Source: an uncultured Gammaproteobacteria bacterium (lineage in GTDB: Bacteria; Patescibacteriota; Microgenomatia; Levybacterales; UBA12049). From it: DNA of 64,000 bases. The notes beneath the pieces are model-generated. The model was not told where the DNA came from. It ran no database searches and saw nothing but the letters and a program-made list of their open reading frames with translations. The stretch lies in NCBI GenBank assembly GCA_964416445.1, contig CAYQEE010000005.1:52060-116059 (forward strand), written 5' to 3'. This document shows, piece after piece, positions 30,542-40,642 of the stretch. Within the stretch, counting starts at the first letter, position 1. Every line of letters begins with the position of its first letter. Position numbers and translations under genes: made by a program.

Positions 30542-30610
30542 AGTTTTTTAACGAGCAGGGAATAATTGATTGCATTATACAAAATGCTCATTTTCTTTGA
30601 AAGAGGAAGT

Positions 30611-32803
30611 TTAATGTCCCGGTGTTGAGGTAGGTGTCGGTGTTGGATGAGGGCAAGTAATACAATACCTATCTCCTGTAGGGTCTGTTACCACGTCTTC
30701 AGGTTTTTGGGAAACATTCGTTGTCTGATTTGGTTGAGCAAGATCTTGAGTCGTATTATCAATAAACACTTGTTCTTGTGGATTATCAACTTGTTTTGGT
30801 TCAGTGCCTTTTATAAAGTATTCAAATCGGGTTGGGCATTTGTTCGGAGTTCCATCAGCAGGAGGAATGAGGCCAGATGTACTGCAAACCGCTTTTTGAA
30901 TGACGTTTGTTGGTTGAACATTTGTTTCATCTGTTTTCCCACGAAGCATAAAGGACATAATATCATTCCAGATCGGCGCAGCACCCGTAATCCCTGAGGC
31001 AATTCTGCTCATTGGTGTATTATCATTATTGCCAACCCATACAGAGACAAGATATGAAGGCGTATATCCTATTGTCCAGTTATCTCGAAAATCATTGGTT
31101 GTACCTGTTTTTACTGATACCGTATGATGGGGTATAACAAGTTGTGAACTTGGTCCAAAATCCATCATACGTGCTCCATTATCAGCTAAAATATTTGAAA
31201 TAATAAAGGCGACCCCATCGGGAAGAACTTTTTTCCCAAAAATAGGGCTTTGGAAAGGCCGATATTCTTCTAATATCTTACCGGTATGATCTGTAACTTT
31301 GAGAATAGGATGTAAATCGATTCGGTATCCACCATTTGCAAAGACAGCGTAGGCAGTTGCCATATCAAGCATGGTTACCTCTCCACCTCCGAGGGTTAAT
31401 GAAAGACCGTATCGGTCAGGACTTCCAAATGTGTTGATTCCCATTGCAGATGCTGTTGCGATCATGTTTGCAACTCCGTTCAGCTTTAACATTTTTACAG
31501 CTGGGATATTTAATGAGTTTCCCAATGCATATCTCATTTGCTGAACACCATGCCAAGCGAAATCGTAGTTTTGTGGACAATATTTTTGACCTCCCTGGTC
31601 TGGAAAACAAATGGGCTGATCAATGAAAGGAGTGGCTGCAGTATACCCATTGATAAGTCCTAATGCATAGTTAATCGGTTTTATGGATGATCCAGGCTGG
31701 CGAAGCGAAGTAGTAATATTAACATTACCGTCAGTATCTGTTGTATTGAAATAATCTCGAGAACCTACCATAGCGAGAATTTCTCCAGTGCCAGGTTCAG
31801 TAATAAGAGCCGCTCCGTTGGTTACATGATAGGCTGGTCCAAGTTGTGAAAGCTCTGAAGCAACCGATGCTTGTGCAGTATTTTGTATATTAAGGTCAAG
31901 ACTGGTGACTACTTTTAGTCCACCTTCTTCAACCATTTTCTCTCCATACTCTTTCACTAATACATCTTTAATATAGAGTGAAAAATGAGGAGCCAGAATA
32001 TTATTTGCAACTTTTTGATAATGTAATGCTTCGTTGATCGCCTGTTCTTCTTGTGATTTTGTAATATATCCTTGTTGTTGCATTGCCTGTAAGACGAGTG
32101 TTTGTCTTTGTTTTGCCAGTTCAGGATGAGCACCAAACGGAGAATATGTCGTAGGAGATTGGGGAAGACCCGCAAGAAGTGCACTCTGGGCAAGATCTAA
32201 TTGATTCGCATGCACTCCAAAATAGGTTTGTGATGCTGCCTCTATCCCATATGCTGTTCCTCCGTAGGGGATTTCATTCAAATATAATTCGAGAATTCGA
32301 GGCTTTGAATAGAGTAATTCTGTAGCGAATGCAAGGATAGCTTCACGAATCTTTCGGGTAAACGTTTGTTCTGAGGTGAGGAGAGAATTTTTTACTAATT
32401 GCTGAGTGATTGTCGAACCGCCTTCAATTTGTTTATGGAAAAGAATTGAAAAAGTAGCTCGAAGTATCCCTTTAATATCAATAGGACCATGATTGTAAAA
32501 ATTTTGATCTTCGATTGCGATAGTTGCTTGTTGCAATTTAGTTGGAATTGAATTAAGAGAAACAAAACTTTGATTTCTATTATTATAGATAGTGTAAAGG
32601 AGAACTCCATTCCGATCAAAAATTTGCGTTGATTGTGGGATATTGGTATTGGAGAGAATAGTTGGTGAAGGTAAGTCTCGGAGGATATACCAATAAAAAA
32701 GGGCACCTAAGATAAACAACGGAACAAGGAATTTCCAGGATTTTTTTATGAATTGAGAACCGAAGAAGGTCGACTTCTGTTTTTTACTCACAGTATTCAT
32801 CAT
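30611..32803 (-). CDS. Class A penicillin-binding protein, second paralogue
   Basis: IEDQNFYNHGPID, GGSTITQQL, PGSSIKP, KTGTT. 730 aa. The C-terminus ends in a Cys/TPTPT tail (CITCPHPTPTPTSTPGH). Confidence 0.9.
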   Translation of the reverse strand: MMNTVSKKQKSTFFGSQFIKKSWKFLVPLFILGALFYWYILRDLPSPTILSNTNIPQSTQIFDRNGVLLYTIYNNRNQSFVSLNSIPTKLQQATIAIEDQNFYNHGPIDIKGILRATFSILFHKQIEGGSTITQQLVKNSLLTSEQTFTRKIREAILAFATELLYSKPRILELYLNEIPYGGTAYGIEAASQTYFGVHANQLDLAQSALLAGLPQSPTTYSPFGAHPELAKQRQTLVLQAMQQQGYITKSQEEQAINEALHYQKVANNILAPHFSLYIKDVLVKEYGEKMVEEGGLKVVTSLDLNIQNTAQASVASELSQLGPAYHVTNGAALITEPGTGEILAMVGSRDYFNTTDTDGNVNITTSLRQPGSSIKPINYALGLINGYTAATPFIDQPICFPDQGGQKYCPQNYDFAWHGVQQMRYALGNSLNIPAVKMLKLNGVANMIATASAMGINTFGSPDRYGLSLTLGGGEVTMLDMATAYAVFANGGYRIDLHPILKVTDHTGKILEEYRPFQSPIFGKKVLPDGVAFIISNILADNGARMMDFGPSSQLVIPHHTVSVKTGTTNDFRDNWTIGYTPSYLVSVWVGNNDNTPMSRIASGITGAAPIWNDIMSFMLRGKTDETNVQPTNVIQKAVCSTSGLIPPADGTPNKCPTRFEYFIKGTEPKQVDNPQEQVFIDNTTQDLAQPNQTTNVSQKPEDVVTDPTGDRYCITCPHPTPTPTSTPGH

Positions 32804-32964
32804 ATCATGAGATCTCTCTTTTTCGCAATAATTTTCTGTTTTTTTGTAAGCAAATTATTTTTTGATAGAAACAATCCTATTTATATTTGAATAGCTTTTA
32901 TATTCAATTTATTCTTTTGCCGATTCTCTGGAAAATACACAAAAAATGAAATGTTCCTGCTACA

Positions 32965-33978
32965 ATGAGTACCATGATAGCGTTTATTACGTATTTTTTA
33001 ATTCAGTTTAACTGGATCGATTGGGTTATTATCCTCGTGTCGATGTTTTACGTGATTGAAGGTTATGCAGTCGGAGCAATATCAGGTCTTTTTGATATTG
33101 CCAGCTTTTTGCTTTCTTTTGCTGCTGGGTTAAAAATGTATAAATTCTTTGGTGACTTTATTCACAATACAACACATCTTCCCTTAGGATTTTCTCATAT
33201 TAGCGCATTTGTCTTTGCTGCGGTTGTTACAGAAATGGTTTTACGGTTAGCGCAAGGGAAACTCACCGACCAAATACGAAAGTTTTCTTGGCTGAATGAT
33301 TCAATAGCTGCAAAAATTAACCGATTTCTTGGTATTATTCCCGGATTTTTTTCAGGATTAATTTTACTTGCATTTTTTCTGACAGTCTTGATTGTTTTGC
33401 CTGTATCGACATCCATAAAACAAGCAATTAATGCATCAAAACTCGGAAGTGTTCTTGTTGGACAAACACAGACGTACGAACGAAATTTAGCAGGTATTTT
33501 TGGTGGACGTCCTGATGATTTGTTGACGTTCTTTACTGTTGAGCCAGATACAAATGGAACAATTATACTTGATTTTAAAGTTGCTGATGGGATTATTGAT
33601 CAAGATGCAGAACAACAAATGCTTTATCTTGTTAATGCTGAGCGAGCAAAACAAAATTTACCGCAACTTGTCATGGATAACCAGTTGCGTATACTTGCCC
33701 GTTCACATAGCCAAGATATGTTAGCGAGAGGATATTTTTCTCATTATACCCCAGAGGGAAAGTCGCCATTTGATCGTATGAATGCTGCCGGAATTACATA
33801 CAATTATGCAGGAGAAAATTTAGCATTTGCCCAAAATGTTAATCTTGCGATGCAAGGACTTATGCAAAGTCCAGGACATCGAGCAAATATCCTTTCACCA
33901 AATTTTAAAAAAATTGGGATAGGTGTCATTAATGCAGGAGTTTATGGCGAAATGTTTAGTCAAGAATTTACTGACTAA
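32965..33978 (+). CDS. CvpA-like membrane domain fused to a CAP/SCP (PR-1-like) domain
   Basis: The N-terminal ~190 aa contain 4 TM helices resembling CvpA. The C-terminus carries YFSHYTPEG..AGENLAF..MQSPGHRANIL, typical of bacterial CAP/SCP (COG2340) domains. Confidence 0.6.
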   Translation: MSTMIAFITYFLIQFNWIDWVIILVSMFYVIEGYAVGAISGLFDIASFLLSFAAGLKMYKFFGDFIHNTTHLPLGFSHISAFVFAAVVTEMVLRLAQGKLTDQIRKFSWLNDSIAAKINRFLGIIPGFFSGLILLAFFLTVLIVLPVSTSIKQAINASKLGSVLVGQTQTYERNLAGIFGGRPDDLLTFFTVEPDTNGTIILDFKVADGIIDQDAEQQMLYLVNAERAKQNLPQLVMDNQLRILARSHSQDMLARGYFSHYTPEGKSPFDRMNAAGITYNYAGENLAFAQNVNLAMQGLMQSPGHRANILSPNFKKIGIGVINAGVYGEMFSQEFTD

Positions 33979-33998
33979 TATGCTATAATTCAGCCATA

Positions 33999-34154
33999 AT
34001 GTTTCAATTTGATCCAAAGATTCTTGTCGCAGCTGTTATCCTTATTGTCGTTGTCTTTTTAGCATTTTTTGGAGAATTCCTTTTGCCTTTAGCAATTATT
34101 CTTATCCCTGTCGTGATTGTGTTTGCAGTAGCACAGTTAAAGAAAAAAGCGTAA
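33999..34154 (+). CDS. Possible 51-aa hydrophobic micro-protein (not in ORF track)
   Basis: ATG 11 nt downstream of a TATAAT box (33983-33988), so nearly leaderless. Encodes MFQFDPKILVAAVILIVVVFLAFFGEFLLPLAIILIPVVIVFAVAQLKKKA, two TM segments. No RBS. Confidence 0.25.
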   Translation: MFQFDPKILVAAVILIVVVFLAFFGEFLLPLAIILIPVVIVFAVAQLKKKA

Positions 34155-34208
34155 TAGGTAAATAGTTATTGCTGATTGAAAAATATTTGTGTATACTAAA
34201 AATCACTT

Positions 34209-35261
34209 ATGGTGCGCGTAGCAATCAATGGGTATGGCCGAATTGGAAGAGTAGCTCACCGTATCATTCTTCAAAAACATCCTCAGGAAGTTGAAGTTGT
34301 TGCCATTAATGCAGGAACATCGACAGATTTAAAAGGTTGGATGTATCTTCTGCAATATGATAGTAATTATGGAGTGTTGCCAGGATTTCAGATTTCTGTT
34401 GAAGCAAATACAGATGCCACGAATCAAAGTTTGCTGGGATATTTGCATATTAACGAGAAAAAAATTCCTGTTTATTCTCAAAAGGATCCTGCACTCCTTC
34501 CTTGGAAACAAATTGGCGTGGATGTTGTCATTGATTGTACAGGAAAATTATTAACAAAAGAAAAAGCACAACCACATATTACTTCTGGTGCAAAGGCTGT
34601 TGTTATGTCTGCTCCTGCAAAAGATGATACGCCTACCTATGTTATGTCAATTAACTCTGATCAATATGCAGGTGAGGCGATTGTCAATAATGCTTCGTGC
34701 ACCACAAACTGTATTGCTCCTGTTGCTAAAATTATTGACGAAGCGTTTGGTGTGCAAAAAGCAATGATGACTACAATTCATGCATATACTTCAGACCAAG
34801 AACTTCTTGATGGGGGTCATAAAGATTATCGTCGAGCTCGAGCTGCAGCAAAAAATATTGTTCCAACTTCTACAGGTGCAACTCAAGCTGCAGCAAAAGT
34901 AGTTCCTTCATTACAAGGACTATTTAGTGGTTTGTCCGTTCGTGTTCCTGTTTCCGTTGGTTCTCTCTCAGACTTTACATTTCTTTTAAAGAGAGATGTT
35001 ACGAAAGATGAAGTGAATACTTTATTGAAACAAGCTGCACAGAAAGAAGTTTTCCAAGGAATTATGCGAGTTACTGAAGATCCAATTGTATCAGGTGATA
35101 TTGTTGGCGATTCTCATTCCTCAATCGTTGATCTTTCACTTACCCAAGTTGTTGGAGGGAACATGGTAAAAGTAGTTGCTTGGTATGATAATGAATGGGG
35201 CTATACCAATAGACTAATTGATGAAGTAATTCTTGTTGGACAAAAAATGACTCCTGCCTAA
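34209..35261 (+). CDS. gap: Glyceraldehyde-3-phosphate dehydrogenase
   Basis: VAINGYGRIGR (NAD fold), active-site SCTTNC, overall GAPDH-length protein (350 aa). Confidence 0.9.
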   Translation: MVRVAINGYGRIGRVAHRIILQKHPQEVEVVAINAGTSTDLKGWMYLLQYDSNYGVLPGFQISVEANTDATNQSLLGYLHINEKKIPVYSQKDPALLPWKQIGVDVVIDCTGKLLTKEKAQPHITSGAKAVVMSAPAKDDTPTYVMSINSDQYAGEAIVNNASCTTNCIAPVAKIIDEAFGVQKAMMTTIHAYTSDQELLDGGHKDYRRARAAAKNIVPTSTGATQAAAKVVPSLQGLFSGLSVRVPVSVGSLSDFTFLLKRDVTKDEVNTLLKQAAQKEVFQGIMRVTEDPIVSGDIVGDSHSSIVDLSLTQVVGGNMVKVVAWYDNEWGYTNRLIDEVILVGQKMTPA

Positions 35262-35269
35262 GCTTCTGT

Positions 35270-35860
35270 ATGGAGAGACACGAATTGCCAGGTACACGCA
35301 TTATTACAGTTTCAGGTCGCATTGCCTCAGGGTCAACGACGCTTGCTCGTGGATTAGCTCATGCGCTTGGTTGGAGGCATATTGAAGGAGGAGAAATTTT
35401 TTGGGAAGCTATTCGTACGAAACTTGGCCTTTCGGAAAAAGATACAAACTTGCGTCCAGATAAAGAGGATGAAGCTTTTGATGAATCTCTTAAAAAAGTT
35501 TTGCTAAAGGGAAAAGATATTATTTTAGAAACAAAGCTTGCAGGATTTAATGCGCAAAATGTTCCAGGGATATTTAAAATTCTTGTCCTCTGTGTTGATG
35601 CTAAAGGAGAAGACCAAACGCAAATTCGTATAGATCGATTAGTTAACAGAGAACACATGTCGATTCAAGAAGCTAAAGAAGAAGTCCTTGTTCGTGAAAA
35701 AAATGATATCGAAAAATGGCGACGATTATATGCTCCTGATGATCCTGACTGGACATATTGGAATCCCAAGTATTATGATCTAGTTATTAATACCTACTCT
35801 CATGATCAAGAGGGTGTGCTATCGTTAGCATTATCAACAATAGGAGTAGAAAAAAAATGA
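35270..35860 (+). CDS. Cytidylate-kinase-like family P-loop protein
   Basis: IITVSGRIASGSTTLARGLAHALGWRHIEGGEIF resembles the Cytidylate_kin2 (archaeal-type CMP kinase-like) N-terminus. 196 aa. Confidence 0.5.
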   Translation: MERHELPGTRIITVSGRIASGSTTLARGLAHALGWRHIEGGEIFWEAIRTKLGLSEKDTNLRPDKEDEAFDESLKKVLLKGKDIILETKLAGFNAQNVPGIFKILVLCVDAKGEDQTQIRIDRLVNREHMSIQEAKEEVLVREKNDIEKWRRLYAPDDPDWTYWNPKYYDLVINTYSHDQEGVLSLALSTIGVEKK

Positions 35861-36438
35861 AACAAACTATTATTTTTCTTATTATTATGGGGATTTTTAC
35901 TATCCCTTTTTATCAGGTCTTTGCTGAAACTTCTGTCATTCATATCAGTACTGATTCTTCAGCCCAGGCCCCTCTCTTGGTAACTCCAATCCCGGTTGAT
36001 TACCAGCTACCGTATCCCGGTTTATTACCTGATAATGTCCTCTATAAATTGAAAACGTTGCGAGATAAGATTATTGAATTTCTGATATCCGATCCTCTCA
36101 AAAAAGCTGAATTTGATATCTTACAGGGAGATAAACGATATAACGCGAGTTTATTTCTCTATCGTCAAAGCCCTCAGCAAGAAGGTTTAATTGTCTCAAC
36201 AATATCAAAAGCAGATAATTATATGACTGATGCGATCAGTCAGTTAACTCTGGCAAAAAAACAAGGGGAGAACATTAATGATATGTATACGAAATTTCTC
36301 TTAAGTAACCAAAAACATCTTGAAGTAACCCAGGAGATTGAAAATACAGCCTCAAATAGTCTGAAGACACAACTCATGCGAGAAGATCAACGACTCGCTC
36401 AATTGAATAGAACAGTAGTGCAGATAGGACATAAATAA
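35857..36438 (+). CDS. Secreted hypothetical protein
   Basis: Signal peptide MKQTIIFLIIMGIFTIPFYQVFA, then a hydrophilic domain. Confidence 0.45.
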   Translation: MKQTIIFLIIMGIFTIPFYQVFAETSVIHISTDSSAQAPLLVTPIPVDYQLPYPGLLPDNVLYKLKTLRDKIIEFLISDPLKKAEFDILQGDKRYNASLFLYRQSPQQEGLIVSTISKADNYMTDAISQLTLAKKQGENINDMYTKFLLSNQKHLEVTQEIENTASNSLKTQLMREDQRLAQLNRTVVQIGHK

Positions 36439-36553
36439 TAGCTAGTTGATTTCAAGTATCATTTTTTTCGATATATTTGTTCTTAAGATATTCTTACGAA
36501 TAGTTTTGAAGCTAATAGAAGCCCGGGAAGCGTTTTGATACAGAAATTTCTAG

Positions 36554-36606
36554 TTGACACCACACAAATAGTGCTTTAGTATAGATTTTGACACTACATA
36601 TAGTTT
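36554..36606 (+). promoter_or_regulatory. Putative sigma70 promoter (TTGACA-17-TAGTAT) with two NrdR-box-like palindromes upstream of nrdR-nrdJ
   Basis: TTGACA at 36554-36559, a 17-nt spacer, TAGTAT at 36577-36582. Box 1 (caccacacaaatagtgc) overlaps the spacer. Box 2 (acactacatatagttt, 36591-36606) matches about 14 of 16 positions of the NrdR consensus acaCwAtATaTwGtgt. Confidence 0.45.
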
Positions 36607-36641
36607 GAGCTATAATTATAAGAAGGCAGGTAATTATAGAT

Positions 36642-37091
36642 ATGAAATGCCCATATTGCGGTAATAATCAAACTGAAGTAGTTGAAACACGAGATAATCA
36701 GGATTTAGGGATAATTCGTAGAAGACGATCATGCCTAAATTGTGCTAAACGGTTTACGACGTATGAACGAATAGAAAATGTTAATTTATACGTTATAAAG
36801 AAAGACGGAAGAAGAGAGCAATTTGATCGGGATAAAGTAAGAAAAGGATTGCTCACTGCTTGTGAAAAAACCAGAGTATCAGTCGATACCGTTGAGAAAA
36901 TTGTAACAGATCTAGAAAGAGATCTACGTAATCGAGATACGGTAGAAGTGAGAAGTAAAGATATTGGGGACATGATTGCAAAACGATTAAAGAAATTAGA
37001 TAAAGTAGCATATATTCGTTTTGCGAGTGTATTTAAGCGATTTGTGGATGTTGAAGATTTTGAAAAAGAAGTAAATAGGTTAATAAAATAA
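36642..37091 (+). CDS. nrdR: Transcriptional repressor NrdR
   Basis: MKCPYCGNNQTEVVETRDNQDLGIIRRRRSCLNCAKRFTTYERIE is the canonical NrdR zinc ribbon, followed by an ATP-cone. Confidence 0.95.
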   Translation: MKCPYCGNNQTEVVETRDNQDLGIIRRRRSCLNCAKRFTTYERIENVNLYVIKKDGRREQFDRDKVRKGLLTACEKTRVSVDTVEKIVTDLERDLRNRDTVEVRSKDIGDMIAKRLKKLDKVAYIRFASVFKRFVDVEDFEKEVNRLIK

Positions 37092-37094
37092 CAT

Positions 37095-39548
37095 ATGACA
37101 CAAGTAATACAAACAAAGCAAACCAACTTTGCAGGTACCTTACGAGAGAAAGTATTTTTAGATAGATATGCTTTAAAAGGTAAAGATGGTGAATTATTAG
37201 AACATACTCCTGAAGAAATGTGGGCTCGTGTTGCAAGAGGGATAGCAAAGAACGAAAAACTTGCGGTTCGCAATAAATGGGAAAAAGAATTTTATCGCGT
37301 TATGGAAGATTTCAAGTTTGTTCCTGGAGGAAGAATTAACTCGGGAGCAGGTACTGGATATCAAGTAACCTATTTTAATTGTTTTGTCATACCCTCACCA
37401 AAAGATTCTCGAGAAGGTATTCTTGAATCACTGAAGCAGTTAGTAGAAATTCAATCACGTTCGGGAGGAGTTGGATTAAACTTATCATCCCTTCGTCCTC
37501 GAGGTGCTCGCGTACGTAAAGTAAATGGAACGTCATCAGGTCCAGTAACCTGGGCTGGATTATTCTCATATGCAACACATGATGTGGTGCAACAAGGCGG
37601 TACGCGGAGAGGTGCAACTATGTTAATGCTTTGGGATTGGCATCCTGATATCGAAGAATTTATTACCGTAAAACAAGATTTGTCAAAAATTAATGGTGCT
37701 AACCTTTCGGTTTGTATTTCTGATGCCTTTATGGAAGCAGTAAAAAAAGATGCAGACTGGGATTTAGTTTATCCCGATTTGGACGATCCTCACTATGATG
37801 AAAAATGGAGTGGAGAAATTGATCAATGGAGAGCGATGGGTGGTAAAGTAAAAGTATATAAAACAATCAAAGCACGTGAATTGTGGGATTTGATTTGTAC
37901 AGCAGCGTGGAGATCAGCAGAACCTGGTCTTCATTTCTTGGAACGATCGAATAAACGTTCTAATACATGGTATTTTGAGCGTCTTGTCGCGACAAACCCT
38001 TGTGGTGAACAGCCGTTGGGGCCATGGGCAGTATGTAATTTAGGTGCAATGAACTTGTCAGCATATGTCAAAGATGCAGATCTTGCAAAAGGACAAGCTG
38101 GTTGGTTTGATTATGATTCTTTTGGAAAAGATGTTCGGGTCGCAATGCGTTTTCTTGATAATGTTATTGATCAAACATATTATTTCTTTAAAGAAAATGA
38201 AAAATGTGCAAAAGAAATTCGAAGAACCGGTCTTGGTATCATGGGACTTGGCGATACCCTCATTAAAATGCACTTGAAGTATGGAGGAGAAGATTCTGTG
38301 CCTGTCCTTGAAAAGATCTTTAAAACGCTTCGAGATAATGCCTATGAAGCCTCTTCTGATTTGGCAAAAGAAAAAGGAGCTTTCCCACAATTTGATAAAG
38401 AGAAATATTTGGAAGGATATCATATTAAGGCACTTTCTCCACAGCTTCGCAAAAAAATTATAACAAATGGCATTCGCAATGCAGTTCTCTTAACTATTGC
38501 TCCTACGGGAACGACCTCATTGGTATCAGGAGTGACATCAGGTATTGAACCTGTCTATGAATTTACCTTTATTCGGCGAGATCGGACAGGTGAGCATACG
38601 ATTTATCATCCATTATATGAACAATGGGAAGCTGCACATCCTGAAGAGGATCGACCAGAGTATTTTGTAAGTGCCAATGATTTAACACCACTCGAACATG
38701 CTCGTGTGCAAGCAGTAGCTCAGGAATATATTGATTCTTCTATTTCAAAAACGGTCAATGGGCCGAACAAGGACTCCATTGATGATGTGAAGAACTTATA
38801 CATGATGGCGTATGATATGGGATTAAAGGGAGTTACCTATATGCGTGATGGGTCTCGTCAAGGTGTATTAGAGCGGGTTGAGGAAAAGAAAGAGAAAAAA
38901 GAAGAAGTTCCAGCCATTCAACATCAGCCAGCTCTTCCAATTATGCCAATTATTTCTCGTCCACAACGTATAGAAGGTGCAACGTATGAAGCGAAAACTC
39001 CTGTTGGAGATACGTTTATCACTATTAACCATACTGATAATAAAGAACCATTTGAAGTATTTATTACGATCGGAAAATCCGGCTCAGACGTTGGTGCTAT
39101 GGCTGAAGCAATTGGTAGACTTATTTCTCTTAATTTACGTTCCAATAGTATGCTTCCACCTCGAGAGCGAGTAAGACAAATTGTTGCACAATTAACGGGG
39201 ATTGGTGGTGCACGAAGTGTTGGATTTGGGCCAAACAGAGTTCGATCTCTTCCTGATGCAATTGCAAAGGTGCTTTCACAACATTTTGATTTCTCTGTCA
39301 ACGGGAAAGTCGTTGATAAGACTGTGCTTCAACAATTTAACAATACCAATGGACATGCGGCGTCAGATAATGGTAGTAAGGCTTCATCTCATTCAGAAAA
39401 TGCAAAACAACTGCTTTTAGAAGGTGGACAAGAAACACTTCACGCGAGTACCAATATGTTTGATATTTGTCCAGAATGTGGTGTGAATAGCTTTGCTTAT
39501 GAAGAAGGTTGCAAAAAATGTTATAGTTGCGGTTATTCAGAGTGCTAG
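37095..39548 (+). CDS. nrdJ: Ribonucleotide reductase, class II (adenosylcobalamin-dependent)
   Basis: Active-site region VATNPCGEQPLGPWAVCNLGAMNL. The length and order fit monomeric class II RNR. A C-terminal Zn-ribbon CPECG...CKKCYSCGYSEC is present. Confidence 0.85.
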   Translation: MTQVIQTKQTNFAGTLREKVFLDRYALKGKDGELLEHTPEEMWARVARGIAKNEKLAVRNKWEKEFYRVMEDFKFVPGGRINSGAGTGYQVTYFNCFVIPSPKDSREGILESLKQLVEIQSRSGGVGLNLSSLRPRGARVRKVNGTSSGPVTWAGLFSYATHDVVQQGGTRRGATMLMLWDWHPDIEEFITVKQDLSKINGANLSVCISDAFMEAVKKDADWDLVYPDLDDPHYDEKWSGEIDQWRAMGGKVKVYKTIKARELWDLICTAAWRSAEPGLHFLERSNKRSNTWYFERLVATNPCGEQPLGPWAVCNLGAMNLSAYVKDADLAKGQAGWFDYDSFGKDVRVAMRFLDNVIDQTYYFFKENEKCAKEIRRTGLGIMGLGDTLIKMHLKYGGEDSVPVLEKIFKTLRDNAYEASSDLAKEKGAFPQFDKEKYLEGYHIKALSPQLRKKIITNGIRNAVLLTIAPTGTTSLVSGVTSGIEPVYEFTFIRRDRTGEHTIYHPLYEQWEAAHPEEDRPEYFVSANDLTPLEHARVQAVAQEYIDSSISKTVNGPNKDSIDDVKNLYMMAYDMGLKGVTYMRDGSRQGVLERVEEKKEKKEEVPAIQHQPALPIMPIISRPQRIEGATYEAKTPVGDTFITINHTDNKEPFEVFITIGKSGSDVGAMAEAIGRLISLNLRSNSMLPPRERVRQIVAQLTGIGGARSVGFGPNRVRSLPDAIAKVLSQHFDFSVNGKVVDKTVLQQFNNTNGHAASDNGSKASSHSENAKQLLLEGGQETLHASTNMFDICPECGVNSFAYEEGCKKCYSCGYSEC

Positions 39549-39577
39549 GATACAGTAGGCTGCCTCGTTGAACTTGT

Positions 39578-39964
39578 ATGCAACTTATTAAACATCATCG
39601 GATAGTTTTTTCTAGTGCAATCATCTTTCTTATTATTCTTGGTGTGTTTTCATTTGCTGTAGTAAAGCATGCAGCTTATACGGATGAGTCAATAACTTCT
39701 TTCTCAACAAGGAGTGTACAACAGACAAATATACTTACCTATAAAGGAAAAAATGGTATCGATGCACTAACTCTTTTAAAACAAACGGCCTCGATTACAC
39801 AAAATCAATCAGGATTCGTAATAGCTATTAATAATCGAGTTGCTAACGCATCACACCGCGAGTATTGGGAATTTTTTATTAATGGAAAATTAGCTACTGT
39901 TGGTCCAGCAAGTTATTTGACAAAAAATAATGATATACTTTCCTGGAAACTTGCTCGCTATTAA
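39578..39964 (+). CDS. Secreted DUF4430-like protein (possible cobalamin-binding/uptake accessory)
   Basis: Signal anchor, then GIDALTLLK...GFVIAINNRVANASHREYWEFFINGKLATVGPASYLTKNNDILSWKL. This matches the DUF4430 pattern as I remember it (…G.V.sInG……yW.yyvNG..a.vGas.y.lkdGD.I.w). Confidence 0.5.
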   Translation: MQLIKHHRIVFSSAIIFLIILGVFSFAVVKHAAYTDESITSFSTRSVQQTNILTYKGKNGIDALTLLKQTASITQNQSGFVIAINNRVANASHREYWEFFINGKLATVGPASYLTKNNDILSWKLARY

Positions 39965-39967
39965 CGT

Positions 39968-40531
39968 ATGAAAATTTACACGAAAACAGGTGATAAAGGG
40001 CAAACATCTCTTTTTGATGGAACAAGAGTTCCAAAAGATAACATACGAGTTGAAACCTATGGCACAATCGATGAGTTGAATAGTTCGATTGGAGTAGCCC
40101 TTGCACAATTACCAAAGTTAGCAACGCTCAATAAAATGAGAATAGTACTTAAAAATATTCAGCATGATCTTTTCGAAATTGGTGCAGTATTAGCAAATCC
40201 TCAGGAAGAACCATCTCCTCACATAAAGCAAGCGCTCTTAAAACATATTAGTAGTTTTGAAAACTTCATTGATGAGATGACCAATGAACTTCCTGAACTT
40301 ATGAATTTTATTCTTCCTGGGGGAAGTGTTTCTGGTGCAAATTTGCAACTTACTCGAGCAGTAAGTCGGCGAGTTGAACGAAACGTTATTGCTCTTTCAA
40401 AACAAGAGCGAGTTGAGCGAGAAATCATTATGTATTGTAACCGGCTATCAGATTTATTATTTACGATGAGTAGGTTTTGCAACTTTAAAGAAGGAAAGAA
40501 AGAAACCCCCTGGGAAAAACAGCTTGGGTAA
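39968..40531 (+). CDS. ATP:cob(I)alamin adenosyltransferase, PduO/MMAB type
   Basis: MKIYTKTGDKGQTSLFDGTRVPKDNIRVETYGTIDELNSSIG is the PduO-type N-terminal signature. Confidence 0.85.
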   Translation: MKIYTKTGDKGQTSLFDGTRVPKDNIRVETYGTIDELNSSIGVALAQLPKLATLNKMRIVLKNIQHDLFEIGAVLANPQEEPSPHIKQALLKHISSFENFIDEMTNELPELMNFILPGGSVSGANLQLTRAVSRRVERNVIALSKQERVEREIIMYCNRLSDLLFTMSRFCNFKEGKKETPWEKQLG

Positions 40532-40642
40532 AGCTATTTATCTCGTGTCACTACATAATAAAAGTTTTCTTATTCATTTGCAAAAGGAAAGAAAAGATGT
40601 ATGATAGGAAAACGAACTTTTCATTTATTTTTCTTCACTGCC

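Noticed and set aside
36557-36574. First NrdR box as a confident call
   Set aside because: It has only a cac...gtg half-site symmetry and poor agreement with the 16-bp consensus. It is kept as tentative inside the promoter feature. The second box is better.
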